From Takakia lepidozioides (Eukaryota > Plantae > Bryophyta), in the NCBI GenBank assembly GCA_030704615.1, contig CM060731.1:73408001-73472000 (forward strand): 64,000 nucleotides of DNA, written 5' to 3'. Below the pieces are notes generated by a model. The model worked only from the letters and a program-made list of their open reading frames with translations, was not told the DNA's origin and searched no databases. This document shows, one piece after another, positions 1-15,400 of this stretch (its first letter is position 1; each line of letters starts with the position of its first letter). The translations under genes and the position numbers were made by a program.

Positions 1-52
1 TGAACCCAGGACCACTTTGTAAGGCGGCCTTGTGCCCTGACTACTAGGTCAT
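1..52 (-). repeat. tRNA-like (possible SINE head) fragment at the window edge
   Basis: Minus strand reads …CCTAGTAGTCAGGGCAC…GTGGTCCTGGGTTCA, resembling Pol III A and B boxes; cut by the window edge. Confidence 0.3.
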
Positions 53-647
53 GTGTTGGATGCTTTAGCCAAGAATGATCACTGAAATACCTACTGAAAA
101 AAACTTTGGTTGCATACACATATGTTCTTCATCTGGTATATCAGAAGTCTTTGGGTGGCGGGTTGTGCAATTATACAGTAAGCTCACCATCTACAGTGCA
201 GGACTCACCCGTTGCAGCTAGCAGCACTTCTGCTAGCAGCGTAACGCTTATATCATCCCATTTCATAGGCTCTGAGGGGTCCCTGTGGCTGTAGTAGATT
301 TTCATCTTTCTTATGGCTCTCTCTTTATGCATGTTCCCTTTCCCCATAGAGGAACTGACACTGAGACAGATGCAACATCTCCGTAAGGTACAGGATGTGC
401 TGATATTATAATCATGCTGTCCAGAGTCATGCACAAGCCACACTGATAGGAACAATACCGGGCAAGGCCCATGCCTTGGTCAATATGCCATGGCCAACAT
501 TTACAAGGGTCAATCAAACAGTCTACATCTCTTCTTCCCTGGCCCCTCCTTCCACCTGAAAAGAAGGGAGGTGAATCTCAAGCTCCCAAACAGTTTACCA
601 CATTGCTAAATCCCAGTGTTTGAGGAAAACCAGTGCAATTCAAGTAC

Positions 648-3399
648 CTGAGCTTCCGCAATCTCTGTGTCTGATTTGACAATATCTGAAGAGATAGGAT
701 GGAGCACACACAAGAAAAACAAATCTGACTTTCCAAACGCTACGCCATGCGCTTGCCTGTATCCACAATGAGCAAAGCAAATTCCACAGCAAATTAAATA
801 CATGAAAGTTCTAACTACATGGACTAGATAAAAAGAGAAAAAAAAACTGTGACTATCTTTTCTGGGCTGGCCTTGTTGTGGCCAAGCCTGAGTTGGGATG
901 CAGCAGAGAAGGGGGTGGAAGGGGAGGATAGGCAAAGTTGACAGGATCAAAGAAGAGCAGAATACTGGGGTCCACTACCGTTGCAGAGGTCTAGTTGCCC
1001 CTTTCTATGACAAAGAGAAAAGAAGACTTTATGTAGAAAATAAGAAACAGAGGAATACCTGAATCCTAACACTTCCACAAACTCTGCATCTACCTGCAAT
1101 TCCCCACCATGTGTTTCCATCCCCAGTCAGATGCTTGTCAATCCCAAAACAACATTTTCCTTGTAAATTGCAAAGGTGTTGTCCCTACCTAGTATTTGTA
1201 TTCCACTTTGCAGCTAGAAATCTGGTCTTTCACAGGACAAGTTAGACAAATCAGCTAGAAATCTAAAGGTTCTGACTAGGGTAAGGACTCAAACATCCAG
1301 CACCAGAAAGCTTGTTATCTGTGTACCTCCAGTAGCTGGTGAAACCCCTTGCAGCTCAAATCCCATTTAGATTTTAACCATGCAACTACTTAAGCTCATT
1401 CTGCTGAGACAATGTGGTACTCACCTACTCACAGCACACTGCATTCAGTAGCAGACTTCCTCCCTTTTGAAGTCTCCTATGGCCTCTATGGGTTCTACAG
1501 TATTGGCGGACCCTAATGCTATGCATGGGTGGGCCTCCTTGACTTTCAGTACTGAACCTGTACAATGCACAGGCAAGTAAATGTGTTGACAAGGTAAAGT
1601 AGGGAAGGTTCATATACCCCTGTTTCCTCCTTCACCTCTCTGATAGCTCCAGCAGAGATGTCCTCTCCCTGTGTGTAGTTTGAATGTCAGAAATGGCTTC
1701 TCAAAAACCTAACATCTCTAAGCAGGCATACAGATCCTCTTCAGTTAAAAAACATAGATTGTCATGAGCAGAGACAATGCATGGCATAGGAGGTGGCTGC
1801 AAGGGTGCACACTACTGATCCCAGAGAAGAAAGTAGACTAAAAATGTCAGACCTGAAGGACAATGCCTGTAGGCATTTTCCATATTCCTGTCCCTTTGAA
1901 AGTCCCACTTTTCTCTTGCACAGCCAAGATCTGTCCAACCATTTCACAGCTTTCAATTTGAATCCTACCTAACACCCTGAAGGAACTCCTCTCTCTCCCC
2001 CTTCCACACCAGTTTCTGCACTCAGCCTCCTCCACATTCACATTTTTATCCTCTTTCTCTCTTCATTGTCTGCTCTGGAGATTGACCTGCATGTCTTTGA
2101 CAATCACCATTCTGAAAGGTCGCTAGATCAGACCATTGAGTCTTAGATGTCCTCAGTAAACTGCACTAGTTGGCATAGTTGGCATAGATGAGTTTCTTCA
2201 GATGCACCACACGATTTATCATGTAAATAAGTGACAAAAGAGAGCAAACCTCTTCTTTGTCATTAATCACAAATGCGCCAATTCCCACTTGATGTGTTGC
2301 ATTTGCAGGAATAGTGGAGGGTGTGTCTGGAAGCCACTTGACGAGCATCACATATATAGGCTCTGCATTGTGGTATCTGAAGCCTGCCTGTATCATGCCA
2401 CCCCAATACTTTGAGCCCCCCAAAAGTGTCTACTTACTCTTGCATAAACCTTTTGTTATGAATTTCATTTGCTTTCTTACTTAAGCATGCAGGGCGGGGG
2501 GGGGGGGTGGTGGTTGGCAATTGACTAGCAACAAAACTAGTAACCCCAATTCCAATTTTACATACTTGTCATAGTCAATTTCTTCACATATGCAGGTGTC
2601 TTGAGGGGCAATCAGCCACAAGGCTTGCAGTCCCCATGGACATAAAAAATCGGTGCCAAGTCGGTGAAGCGATTTTGTAAATCATGGCTTAAAAAGGCAA
2701 CAGCCATGATTACAAAAGACCAATGCAACACTCCAACTCACCTCAATTGCAGGCTTCACAAGGTTGCAATTTGCTGTGGGCAATTTCAACCACACTCCTT
2801 TGTGTCTCTGCAAATCAGAAACATAAACCAGCCATCTATCAAACCCGACCCTCTTGCCACATTCTTGCCTGCAGTCCTAGTTGGATTGATAAGCAAGGTG
2901 CTACTTACTGTTAAGTAATGTCCTTCAAAAACATAAGAAGGCGAACATTCTCATCAAGGAACTACATTAGTGTCTCACAGTCCTTGATGGCCACATATCC
3001 AATAGAGTGTGACAATGGCAATATAACATGTATCTTGAGTTAACATTAGAAATAGTGGTGGATATATATAGAGAGAGAGCAAGAGTTCTGGGTAAGAGAA
3101 CGATTCAACAGACAAGGGAGGGGAGAGCTTATGCCATTCTAGCGTACCTCTGCCTCCCAATTTGTAAGTGATGCGCCCAAAGAGTTCACAAAAGTGAGAA
3201 TATCTGCTGGCAAGCTACTGGGATCCACAAAAACCCCCTCGTACCTGTCCGCCGTGGCTTTCAACAGGCCTGTACCTGCAGCGCCATTTCCTGTCGACTT
3301 ACGGATCATCCTTTGAGTTCTACAGTCCTTAGTTGCGTCACCAAATTCGCGCTCTAAGGTAAGAAAGCACACAGACAAACTTTCAGTAAGGGCGTCCAT
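648..3399 (-). CDS. Nudix hydrolase (NUDT2/NUDT8-like), multi-exon; last exon(s) not located, probably beyond the left edge
   Basis: Approximate exons: 3148-3399 (…ADRYEGVFVD…LTNWEAE), 2742-2807 (KGVWLKLPTANCNLV), 2250-2387 (GFRYHNAEPIYVMLVKWLPDTPSTIPANATHQVGIGAFVIN), 1853-1930 (LAVQEKSG…WKMPTG), 1618-1669 (Nudix box GEDISAGAIREVKEETG), 1059-1093 (VDAEFVEVLGFR), 648-757 (QAHGVAFGKSDLFFLC). GT-AG boundaries. Confidence 0.9.
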
Positions 3400-6300
3400 T
3401 CTTCATGAGCCTTCTTATCTAGAAGGGAGCAGAATCCCTTAGACTCATCTATGCCTGTAAGCTTTAGCATTTCACCTCACAGCTACAGCTGCCCACTCCT
3501 AAAGGAACATACTCGATCCAAATCACCGGAGCTGATAGACTCACTTGCTAATCCTCGTGCAAAAATCGTATGTAGAAAGTAGTCCACTGCTACTTCCTAG
3601 CCCTGGGGAGAAACGAGCATGACCCACGATTCAAACAAAACGGAAGTGCCAGCAAGGAGAATCTCACTGCGGTTGGTACGCGTGTACATTTAGTCTCGGC
3701 TCACACGGTGAGCCAAGCACGAAACTGCGCGGATAACCGTGCGTGGATTCGAAGAAATACTCGATGAAGGACCGGATGTAGCTTCCACTTCGCTTCCTGC
3801 GGACTTTTTGCTTTCTTTGCACTTCTCTTCCTCGTCTCCATTAGCGTAAACGCAACCCAACTGCTAAACTGCCTGCCTGCCATCTGCTGGCACGGATGAC
3901 AGACATCTGAAAGCAGCATGTGCTCCGTCCGAGTGCGTTGCTGTCAGACACTCTCCCCCCTCCATACCCTTCTGCCCAACATCCTGGTCCTAAAGCTGGC
4001 CGTTCCCCTTTCTCCTGATGCTTCTTGCTTCTGGTGCTCATATTTGCTGGGGCTTCGACCCTGCATTTTGTGGCTTCCCATCTGGATACCGTCTTTTCCT
4101 TTCTGGTTTTGCTATGACCCTCCTTGTTTCTTTGTGTGCAAGCTGTCCTTTCAACCCCTTTCTCTTTGTCAATCTTCGATTATGAGATTTTGTTGTGCGT
4201 TTCGTTTTGGTTACTTTCTTTCTATCTCTTTCCGGGATTTCTTCCCTTGGTCTCGCCCACATAGAGTAGGCTTTGGGGGTTTGATTCCTCATTCGACCAC
4301 CTCAATTTGCATATCTATTCCAATCACTGTGAATTGTTTGCTTGCTTCACGTAAGGTAAATCCTTACAACTGTTCATCTCTGTCTTTCATTGCTTGTCAT
4401 ATCCGCATCTCTTTCTGAGGATCATCATTTTGCAAGTGAAACCATGGGATTCAAACCATGATTCTACCTGCCAAGTTCCAACCACCTTCGGGAGTGAGAT
4501 TGGAAGATGCACTTCTCTTTATCTCTTTACAGAGACACATACAAGCACAACCAACATCGAACAAGCATCTCAACAGACATACAAATCCAGTGCATCACCC
4601 CAACAGGAAACACATTCAGTGTGCACGAAGACGAAGAGCTCTACACCCGCGCGGTTCTGCGCACGGTTCCACGGGTAGTATCGTAGCTGCCCGGATACAT
4701 GAAATTGGCAAGTTAAAATGTTTCCTAATTCTGCCCTGAAATGTTTTCCCTCTTTCCATCTATGACTCGCCGCACGTACTGTGAGCGGGCATGTCTGCCC
4801 GCGGTCAGCTAACTGTGTACACACGTTTCCACATTCCTGAACCGCGGGTGGGCCACCGCGAAGCTACTGCGCGGCTGCCGGGACATCCTTTGCCGCAGCA
4901 CAGTTTCTGGGAAGCTCTGCGATGACTCTCTTCTATCTATCGATCCACCTTTCTTATACATTTGAGAGCAGACTTGTCTGCCGACTGGGGTAGCAGTCCG
5001 AAACGACACAAGCCACAGTGTTTTCCTGTCTGTGCGAAGACTTCTAGCAGTGGAGATGAACTTTCCTCTACATATATATCAAGGACAGTGCGAGTCATGA
5101 GGAGAGAGTCAGCTAGGCTGTTCACCTAGCAAACTCTTGTCGGGCACACTGTGTCCTACGCTGAATTGCTGACAAGACCAGAAAGTACGTGTTGGGTACA
5201 TAGAATTGGCAACGAGGGTTTTTAGTTTTTACATAGAGCTGGTCTTCCCTTGTCTTCTGCTTCTGCTGGAACATAACAGGCATTCACCTTTCTACGTCGA
5301 TGCCCCTCCCTTGACTGGTGTTTGGAGAATACTCTTTCCAAAGCGTCGCCTCGTCTTTATTTTCGGAGATACTACCTGGAACCCAGTTGGCTGTAACATG
5401 TCCACAGCACTCGGAACCACCATGACGAGCTAACTTACAAAACCCATGATGCTAAAGCAGGGACGAATTTGATAAGAGGGAAAAACAAGCCTCACCAAAA
5501 TTGTGCTGACTTTGCTTCTTGATATAGTGCCAGGCGCTGCTAGTTTTTCAACCCAAAGGAGGATTCAATCAACCGTCAACCCCAGAGGAACTCTTGCAGC
5601 TCTGGCACTTATGTCTGTAGTTCGGGACCTTGGACAAGCCGACCATCCCAAGTAGCTGTATACACCCTTGTGCAACGTCATTTCATGGACTGCTTAGGAT
5701 GAACAACCTCTGAGAACCCCACTTTTTGCTGAAGAACTAAACTCCTCGCATCAGTGTTGTCCAACGAATTCAATGTATACAAACTGTTCGATTATTCACG
5801 GTGGGCAGTTTTCTGATTTGCACCGGACCTGCTGAATCATACAAGACATTTGTCTTTCACTGGATTCATAGTGTGGGGAATTCGCATACGAATGAAGATC
5901 TCGAATCCCCAGTTGTTGAGGCCCAACGCCCGAATCATCAATTCACTGTTGAGCCATCTCCGAGATCCTGGGATGGGGATGGAAATCAAGCTACATACGT
6001 ACCTGCCTAGCTAGGTAGGTTCCTACTTCCTACCCAGATAGGTATACCTACATATACGTACATTCAGCTCCAAGTCTACGGTGTCTTCCACATCATTGGG
6101 ACTTCTGAATTGTCTTCATAATTGTTTGTTGATCTCAGGCTCTGACATGGGTTGATGACCCAGTGACAACCCACAGCCCCTTTCATTCATTTCTTACTTT
6201 ATGTCGAGAACAGAAAAACTGCAGAGTGTCAACAGTTCTCTGTGCCACCTCAACACTCAGTTGATTGTCTGAAGAGGCATTGAATGCATCTGAGTCCCAT

Positions 6301-6425
6301 CTTCCCTGAATCAGGACACCCAGAAATAGGACCGCAACTCCTGGGAAGACTATAGTTGCTTCCTCTCTTCTCTCTTTGTCGATATACCCCCTCTGGCCCT
6401 CTGTGCGGCAGATTGAGGTACAAGA

Positions 6426-9400
6426 ATGCAGAAGGGCACAGTGGTGGCGGAGGATGAAGAAGATCAGGAGGAGGAGGAGCTGCTACAGAGAGCCTTGGAA
6501 GAGCAGGCAGCAAGGGAGGTGACGTACAAGAGACCGCTCAATTACGCCGCCCCCACTGTCTCATCCGCGGCCTCTGTTCCCCCCAGGCGGGAGCCCCCAG
6601 CAACCCCGCCAAAGCGAGCGCCGCCCAAGCCTCCCCCGGTGCCAGAAGATGAAGAATCAGAGGTGGAGCTTCTCAGTATTTCGTCCGACGAAGAGGATTT
6701 CGCATACAGCCGGCGGGCAGCTCTCCAGACTGCACAGGAAAAACAGGCAGTGTCAGAAAGGGTGGAAGAAGATGAGGGTAGTAATTTGGGGTGGGATGAG
6801 GATGACGATAGGGAGCCCGAGAATTGGAAATCGGTTGACCAGCCTGAGGTCAGTGCGCCATTCGTTTGGGTGTCTGAAAATAGCTTGCGCTAATTTTGCT
6901 TTGTGTAGTGAATTCTTTCAATCTTCGAGCATTCGGAATTCTTGGCGGATTTATGGGGTAGCCTCCACCTTTCCATGACCGGTGCACCTAGTCTCTTCAG
7001 CGGACAAATGCATTGAGGAGAACGATTCCAGTCCTGATCGAAGAGAACCCTCCATTCAAAAGCGAGTTCTAAATGCCTTCCAGCCCGCTGAATCAATGTA
7101 AACTTTGTGGCAGATTCTCTGAGCGCTCAATAACATGATACATATGTGTTCTCTGCCTTAGGGATTTTTTAACATATAGCTCCTGCAGTGGGCACCAAGC
7201 CCTCTTGAGCACTAATTTTATTCATCTTTTTTTCTAGTCTTTTAGTCCCTCATATGTGGAAAAAAGACCCATCTGATGGACTAAAGAGAAAATAGACAGC
7301 ATGCACTGCCCAATCAACATAGTTTCTTTCAGATTTTTTAGTTTGAGTGAGCTTGCATAATTTCCATGCCTGAAAATTGCCATGGACTTATGTTGGGAGG
7401 GGATGGGGTCAGCAGATGGTTCGAAGAGTGCGGGAAATGCGAGAAACCCGTGCAGCTCCAGTGGCTTATGCTCCAACCACACGCACACAGAGGCCTACTA
7501 CCACAATTGATGCTGCCCCTCGTGGCGAGGACTTCATTGATCCTTTGGGCCTTGGGTACATCTCTTTGCGCCATGCCTGCTCTACTGATAGCATGAGCGG
7601 TGATATACCAAAGAGCCCATCTTTTTCAAACCAGTTTCAACCAAGTCCCCTAAAAGATTTGAGTGCCTTGGGCTTGTTCAACATGATGGAACATATTTTA
7701 TGAGAGACAATGGTGGAGCTGATACTTGTGCATTGGTGCCATTGCTGATGTGACAGGCATATAGATATGAGAACGTTGACGCTAGTGCCAAAGGTGAAAA
7801 GTGGGGATAGCTCGCCTGCTTTGTCAGTAGCCTCATCAGACAGAGGAAGCAGCAAAAGCAGGGGGTTTCTTCGAACCAGAAAAAGAGCACCTGAAGTTCC
7901 TCAAAAAGATGAGCTCGAGAGCCCACCTGCTCAGCAAGACCCTCCTCCTAGTGTGAGGGACCCTGCTACCAGAGGTAAGTCAATGTTCTAGCCGTGAAAT
8001 TTGCTCTTCTTAGAAAGATAAGTTTGGGCTTTGAGCTGTATCTAGCGATCTGGTAAAAAATGCATCCCCTCGCAATAATAAAAGCAGGTGTTCATTGACT
8101 TTGGGAACTTAATATTGCAGAGAAGGCGATGTATTGCTCAGAAAAGTTCAATCCGAAGTTCTTCTTGGCTCATGTGCATCAAAACACCAGTGCTGCCGAT
8201 CTGGAGGCTGGGGAAGATGCCCTAAAAATGGACTTACAGACCCAGAAGGACCAGCTCAAAAAACTTGTCAAAGAGAATTTTGATTGTTTCATTTCGTGTA
8301 AAACCACCATTGATGGTGAGTACACCTTGATTGTGTTTGTTTTACACAGCTGTCGTCTGCATCAGATTTCTGTTTTTTTGGGTCAAGTGGATTTTAAAGC
8401 ACATTTGACAAGCACTAGAAACGGTAGATGTGGCTTTCACCTTGTGTTTGGGAGGCCTGCAGCCAACTCTGTGATTCCGGACATACTTCCAGCCATTGCT
8501 AGCTTTCTATGAAGGTAACTTAAATTGACCATGGCACGATGTATGTGCGGTTGTAATTGTAGTTGTGTGTGTTTAATAATTCAGATATCTGTACTCAGTG
8601 TTGAGTGTGGCATTTCTCAGCCAAGTCTGGATTGAAATCTGCAGACATACATTTAAAGCTGCAGCAGATTGAATCTGATGCGGGTTCGGGTACCCTGCAC
8701 CTCAACAGTAGTATCCAGGAAATTGAGGTGGTTGCCAAGCGTGCATTTGCTCCCCTTCTTGAGCGGCAGGTGAGACTTCCTTCTGTATGCATTTGCCTTG
8801 TATTCTTGATGGTAATATAGTGAGCAAATGGTTTGGGGCTGGATTATACCAATCTGAAATGAAAATGCTCAGAGAGTACTTGCATGGTACTGGAGCCTCA
8901 GCATCTCAGTGTTTCATGGTTGAAGATTACATCTTGAAAAAGGCAAAGTCATCACTGCAAGATTTCTGCCTGAGTGTCAATTAGTCAATGTAATTTAGAG
9001 CTCCACTGTTTGGACATCTGTTCTTGGGCTGTTCAAGCAGGCTCCATTCAGGTGTTTCTCACTGGAAGATTATACCATTTGTTACTCGGTGCCTCACACA
9101 CTGTGATCCCCCTCTCAGATTTCTTCACCCTTTTGAGAGGGCATTTTGATGAATCCTTAGGTAAAGTATTGACCTCTCTTCCAAGGCTTTCAATGGTTGG
9201 ACTGGGTGAGTATGGGCCACAAGAATTTTCCTCATGCTGATGTGCAAACCAGCAAAACTTGGAAAGTAACTATTAATATTGATAGCATGTGTATAAACAA
9301 GAGAAAAAGATGACCATAAATCAAGTTGGGTTGAATTTATATTCTGTGTCCTTATTTCATTGGTTTTGTTGACAGGCTCAGGCAGAACGGATAAGGTCAG

Positions 9401-12400
9401 CGCAGGGGATGCTGCAGCGTTTTCGAACCATCTTCAATCTGCCTAGCATGATAAGGGCTAACATCAGCAAGGGCGAATATGATCTGGCGATCCGGGAATA
9501 CAAGAAAGCCAAGTCCCTTGTGTTGTATTCGAATGTTAGTGACATTTCTTCCTCTCAGTCAATATTGGAGCTAGTATCACAGTGTTAGACTATACAACCA
9601 TGATTTTACACAAAGTTAATAACAATAGGAATGGTGGTGACATGAGCTATGTACAATGGATTCTGCGGGTGGTAAACTTCCAAGTTTAATATTGGGCTGG
9701 GATTGTACTTGAGATCAATCGCACAGTGTGGTCATGTATGGGAATATTGTTTGAGAAGCAGGGTTATTTCGTGGTTACTAAGTAGGCTTTACAAAAGCCC
9801 TGAAAGACCCAGGGATATTGATTGGGAGCATATTCAAGGGACTTTGTTTGCTATGGTTTGCAGGTTGGCATCCTGAGTAGGGTGTTAGACGAGGTGGACA
9901 AAATTGTTGAGGAGTTCAAGGACATGCTCTGTAAATCGATGGAAGATCCCCACATTGACAGCTCTCAAGTAAGAGAGTTTCCACTTGGCTCATTACATCT
10001 CTTCTCTCTCTCTCTTGGACTTCAACAACATCTTATGAGTACATTCTCTCTTGGACTTCTGGAAGTCTTGTCCAAGCACAACAGGAACAGATTCATTAGG
10101 CAAGAGCTGAAGGAACTCCATGTCAAGTGAACCTGGATCAGCACCAGCAATTGCCATAAGTTACAGTTCTACCTAGAACTCAATCTCTCACTGAAGTCTT
10201 CCACTAGGAAGATCAGAAATGCTTGGCAGCTTACCTGCACGAGGCCTTCACCCTTAGACAATCCCTTGAGCAATAGTTTTATTTTTGGCTCTGCTTTTGT
10301 TTCCTCTCTCATGTTTTTTCCTTTTTGTCCCATAAGCTCTATGAGCTTTCCGCGGACATTATAAAGTACCATTTCATTTCATTTCATTTCATTTCATTTC
10401 CAGAAGTTCATGGATGCAAGGCTTCAGCATATGTAGTAATGGAAAAATCAGTAGGTCTAAGTGTATCTCTTCTCTATCGATCTTCTACTCCCTGGAACCT
10501 TCGGCAGCCCAATATAGGGGAAGTTTCATGTTATAATCTTTGTTTTATGCATCTATTTAATCTCAAGATGATTAAATGCCCTTCTCATGTGCTGTCAGAT
10601 GAGCATGTGTTCAATATATCTAGTCTTGGAAGCATGCATGCAGGATGTCCTCATCACAAATGGCTTTCACATGCTCTCTGTTGAAGAGACAAGTGAGGGT
10701 TAACCTGCAGTGATCAACAATTAGAGACTTGACATAGGCATGTTGAAGCTAAAGGTTTCTGGTTGTGTTCTTGAAGTTGGAGAATATTTTACGGCTGTTA
10801 CTGGAGTTGGAACCAGACTCAGATCCTCTCTGGCATTACCTCTGCATCCAGGTTCAGACACTTTCTTTCCTGATTTTCTCTTCCCCCACCTTCTCCCCAC
10901 TCCCCTGGAATGTCTACCCCGACTGGAAACTGGCTTTCAACCTCTCTGAAGCTGGATTGTGATTAATAGAGATGCTTTTGGGTTATCTTCAGTGGAGAAG
11001 TTTCATATTGTGTAGCTCCTGAGGTGTAGTTCTCTATTTAGCAGTCACCTGAGAGGATTGATTTGCAGCTATCATTACGATGGCATGCGGTTTCAGCCAT
11101 GTCCATTTGGATGGTGGTGAACCTACCTGTACGCACAGGGATATTGTATCATGTCTCCAGGTGTTCCAGAAGTTGCAAGCAGTATTTAGTGTTCTTCTAA
11201 ATATGGTGGACAGCAAATGGAAGTTGTGAAAGCATCCTAAACGTCCACTTAACCAGCAACAATGTAGAGATCATGATGATTTATAATGCTCTCCTCAATG
11301 TATTTGATGAGATAAAGCTAATGTATATGTAGGAGCCAGCTGACAGATTATCAGCACCAAGTTTCTCAGTTAATTAGGTGGGACCATACATTCACGTTGC
11401 TTTATGGTCCTGTTGCAAACAAGCTGACATATTATCCGGGTAAGTTGGTATATTAGTAGTTTTTTCTCCATGTTGATGAAGAGAAAAACACTGCTGATGA
11501 CTGAGATAATATGTCTGATGAAACTTCTTGATGGGGAGGGCAGGACCGTAGGATACGAGGACTACTAGAAGCATGCAGTCTGGAGCATGATGCACGCATG
11601 GATGCACTGCATGGCCGTCTCCGTGAGCGTGTTCAGTCAGATGCCCGATGGAACCAGCTTCAGCGAGAATCGAATAAGGCTGTATGTGAGCTCCTTGGAT
11701 AGATTTCTTATTTCCTCACAGACAGGCTCATTTGGTGGAGGTCTAGGTATAGTAATCAATTGCCCTCCATTGTCACTTCCAGATTGTGGCTATTTGTAAA
11801 GCCAAGTGTGGAATTTGCAGGAAACGATCAACATGCATCCACTACTTGTACCACCTATCTTACGCCACAGCATGGCTGAAGGTTTCTGTGCCATCTAGGT
11901 GATATGTAACTAGCCAGTTAGGCTAACACATGATTTCATGGGCTGTGGGTGTGGAATGATGTTGCAGTCGGATGTAGACTTCACACTTCTGCTAGGGGAC
12001 AGGGAAAAGGAAGCCAGAGAAAGTAGTCTCAAGGACTTGAGTGCCAATGAGTCGGATGCTCTTTTGGGGCGGCTCATTCGCCGTCTCACGGCTGTGGTTG
12101 TGCACCATGTACCTACTTTCTGGCGTCTGGCTCTTTCCATTTTCAGTGGGAAGTTTGCTAAGGTGTGAGGAGCCTTTGCCAGATGGGATTTGTTGCTCAA
12201 TTTTTGTTATCAAATTGGCAGATTTGTTCTTCCCTCCTAGCTTTTCCTTTCTTCAGTTTTCCAGCATTGGAGAATTTGTGCTTTAGTTTCTCCAGTATGA
12301 TCATGTATTCAGCTTTTTCCCTGTGTCAGTCTATATTGCCAGGTAGACAATAGAAAGATCATGTCCATGAGTCCAGGATGAGTGTCTTGCATGCTTAGTC

Positions 12401-15400
12401 CACAGCACACATACCAATTCTGGAGTGGTCAACAAATGCAAAATACACTTTTCTCTACATTCTTGTTGCAGTCTGTTTGTCTGTCTGACAGACCCAGAAA
12501 ATGATCATATACCTTGTGAGAGATTGTGGTAAGTGGCAGGTATGTGACAAAAAATAATGGGAGGTTGGAAGAAAATAACACCCAAACTTTATTATGAAGC
12601 ACTGACTTTAGAGAGCAGGTAGAGATCAGCCTGACTAAAGAAAATAAGTGCAGGTCACGAGCTCAATGAACGGGAATTTGGCTCTGCCCAAGGCAGGCAT
12701 GGCACCCCCCTTTGAGTCTGCTCGGTATCCATCGGAGGGGGCAGTGTCAACATATACCTCACATTCGCTGGAGGAGGTGGTGACTATGGTGCACTGCATG
12801 ATCTCAATGTATGAATCTAAAGTAAGGGATCTATCTTTTACTCTCAAAAAAGGAGGATGGAACAGCGACCTGTTTGATCTCAGAGTGGAAGGGAAAATCT
12901 AGAAGCATAAACAGGAACAATCAGTCAGCATAAAAACCATAAACTTGTGTACTGTGTTTGTGTAGTCCTCCAATAGTGTGAGGACCTGCAAAAGATTAAC
13001 TGAAAGCTTGCTAAAAGATGAGAGCTTTCAGTTTCCAAGATTTTGCGCTGCAGTACATCATCCTTATTAATTCAGAATGAGTGGGTCTGGGGTACATCAG
13101 GTTCACAATGCGTTTCTAGCACTCACAGACGTCAACGTCTTGCGGCCTTATTCACGGGAGGCAATGGCTGAAATTTCGAAAGCTTGTGTGGCACTTCAAG
13201 GGAGACAATGTGCGGCTGCTAGTGCCGGTACTTTCTTTTCTCCTTTCTCAAAAGTGAAGAACGTGTCTTCTTTCACTGACCTTTCAATCTATTCTCATAG
13301 TGACAAGGATTGAGAAAGGAAATATGAGAGAGGAAACAAAACCAGAGCCAAAGATAAAAACTATTGCTCGAGTGATTGAAGAATGACATAAATTGTTATG
13401 TCCACAGGATGCATAAAGGACCAACAAACACAAGGAGTACAAAAGAAACCGTAGAGCTACATAAACCTGTGAGCATAACCAAGATGCTGAGCAGCCTGTC
13501 TATTCCAGGTTTTAAAACACATGTTTGCAAGACTTTAAACCCTTACAAACACTACTGATTTTTAAAGCATTCATCACAGAAAAAGTGCAATGCATGAAGT
13601 TAAGTAGTCAGACAAATGTCCTGTTGAAATTTCTTCGACTGTGATTAGCTGGTCAGCTGAAAATTGGTAAGAATAGAGGTATTATGGGCTAGGCATAGTC
13701 TAGAGTGTTGCACGTACTTCAGTTGTAACTAGAAACTAATCTGGGGAGGGTGGAACTGGCAGTGCAAATGCTGTTTGTGTTGCGTATAGAGACTACGAGA
13801 GTGTTTGTGTTGCGCCTCTGCACCATCATGCATGCTGCCACCTTAGAACTGGTGAATGCGAAAGATTGGATGCCTGTGGCCTCAGTCGAACGGGGTTCCT
13901 CTCCCTTTGCAATTTCTGGCCTGCCGTTGGGTTTTCGAGATATACTGGTTACTGCTATGGAGCATTTAAGAGAGTGGGTATTTCTTCCCTATTAGGTTGT
14001 GACTTTGATGGCCACTCATTGCAGCAGAAGACTTGGAATTGTACTATAGCAAAGTCTGAGAAAAGACCATGATGACTATTCTTCCAATGTTAACATGGTG
14101 TTCAGAAAGTCTGGCATACTTTCTTGATTTCATTGAGTGGATTTCATTGAGTGTACTTCAGCACAGCCTCTTACCTCACCATAGCTTCTGTTTATGGGAT
14201 TTTAGGATGCTGGAGAGATTGAAAAGAGATGAGCCCGATCTCCATGAGGATATGGTCAGTCAGTTGCACCGAATGCAGGACACCGCGCGCTACACTTTCT
14301 TTGAGTGCTTTCTCACCCTTGCTGGTCAGCTCTCCCTTGAAAACCTGTTAAGTTCGATTTTTAACATTTCAAACTGGAAAGACATTGACTTCATTCATGT
14401 TCAGACTCTTGATCATCATTATTTGGCTGCAGTTACTTCTTGATTGATGTTTAATAGGAAATGAAATGAAATGAAATGGTGCTTTATAACGTCCGCGGAA
14501 AGCTCATAGAGCTATGGGACAAAATGGAAAGAAAAACAGGAAACCAGAGTCAGAGATAAGAACTATTGTTCGAGTGATTGTCTAAGGGTGAATGCTCGTG
14601 CAGGTAGGCTGCCAAGCATTTCTGATCTTCATAGTGAAAGGTTAGAAGGAAGGTTAAGACAATTACCTTTCATTGACCATCTCTGTGGTCTGCTATGTGT
14701 AGAGAACCTAGACAAACTGGCCTTGGACCTGTTGCAGGAGGCCCCCCTTGCTGAGGGCATGGGGAATGAAAGCGGGCAGGAGCAGGCAGGCCATGCCAAG
14801 TTTGTGGGTCTCATGGCTGGCATGGAGGTGATGAACCCCCATCAGCGCTTGCTCATGGTGCTAAGCAACACTGGTTTTTGTAACTCTGTTCTTCTACCTG
14901 AACTCTCTAACAAATACCAACTTGTTTGGTCATATTTCGGGTAAACATTCTCATATTTCTCTTTTTAGAAGATCCCATTTTGACTTCTCCTTTTCTACAC
15001 AAGCTACAAACTAGAAACTTTCCCTCTTTCCTTTGTTTTCAGGTAGAGGATGTTTCTTTTCATCTCACCATCAACCTGAGCAATCTACGTGCAATCAAAG
15101 ATAGCTGCAAAAAATCACCAGAATATACGACCTTCCAACACGCTCGGCCTCTTTAATGCAGGGCAAATGGGGGTAGCACAGGGAAAGGGCCAGGTGGTAA
15201 TACAGCTACTCTTGAAGAAGCCACAGCTGCTCTGTGTGCTTTAGAAGAAAAGATCCTTGGTCAATATAATCTAGTCAAGGTAAGCTTATGACCCTTTCTT
15301 GGATGTACCTCATTATTTCTTCAGAGAAACCCTAAGTCTGGGCTTGTTGTCGGTGATGCAAATGGGTGATACTCATCCGCCATGGAGAAATAACTTTCTT

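Noticed and set aside
1425-1557. Poison cassette exon in a Nudix intron
   Set aside because: AG and GT sites are present, but the upstream intron would be only about 60 nt and there is no other support.
3918-4418. 166-aa plus-strand ORF
   Set aside because: CT-rich low-complexity sequence upstream of the Nudix gene; the composition is not protein-like.
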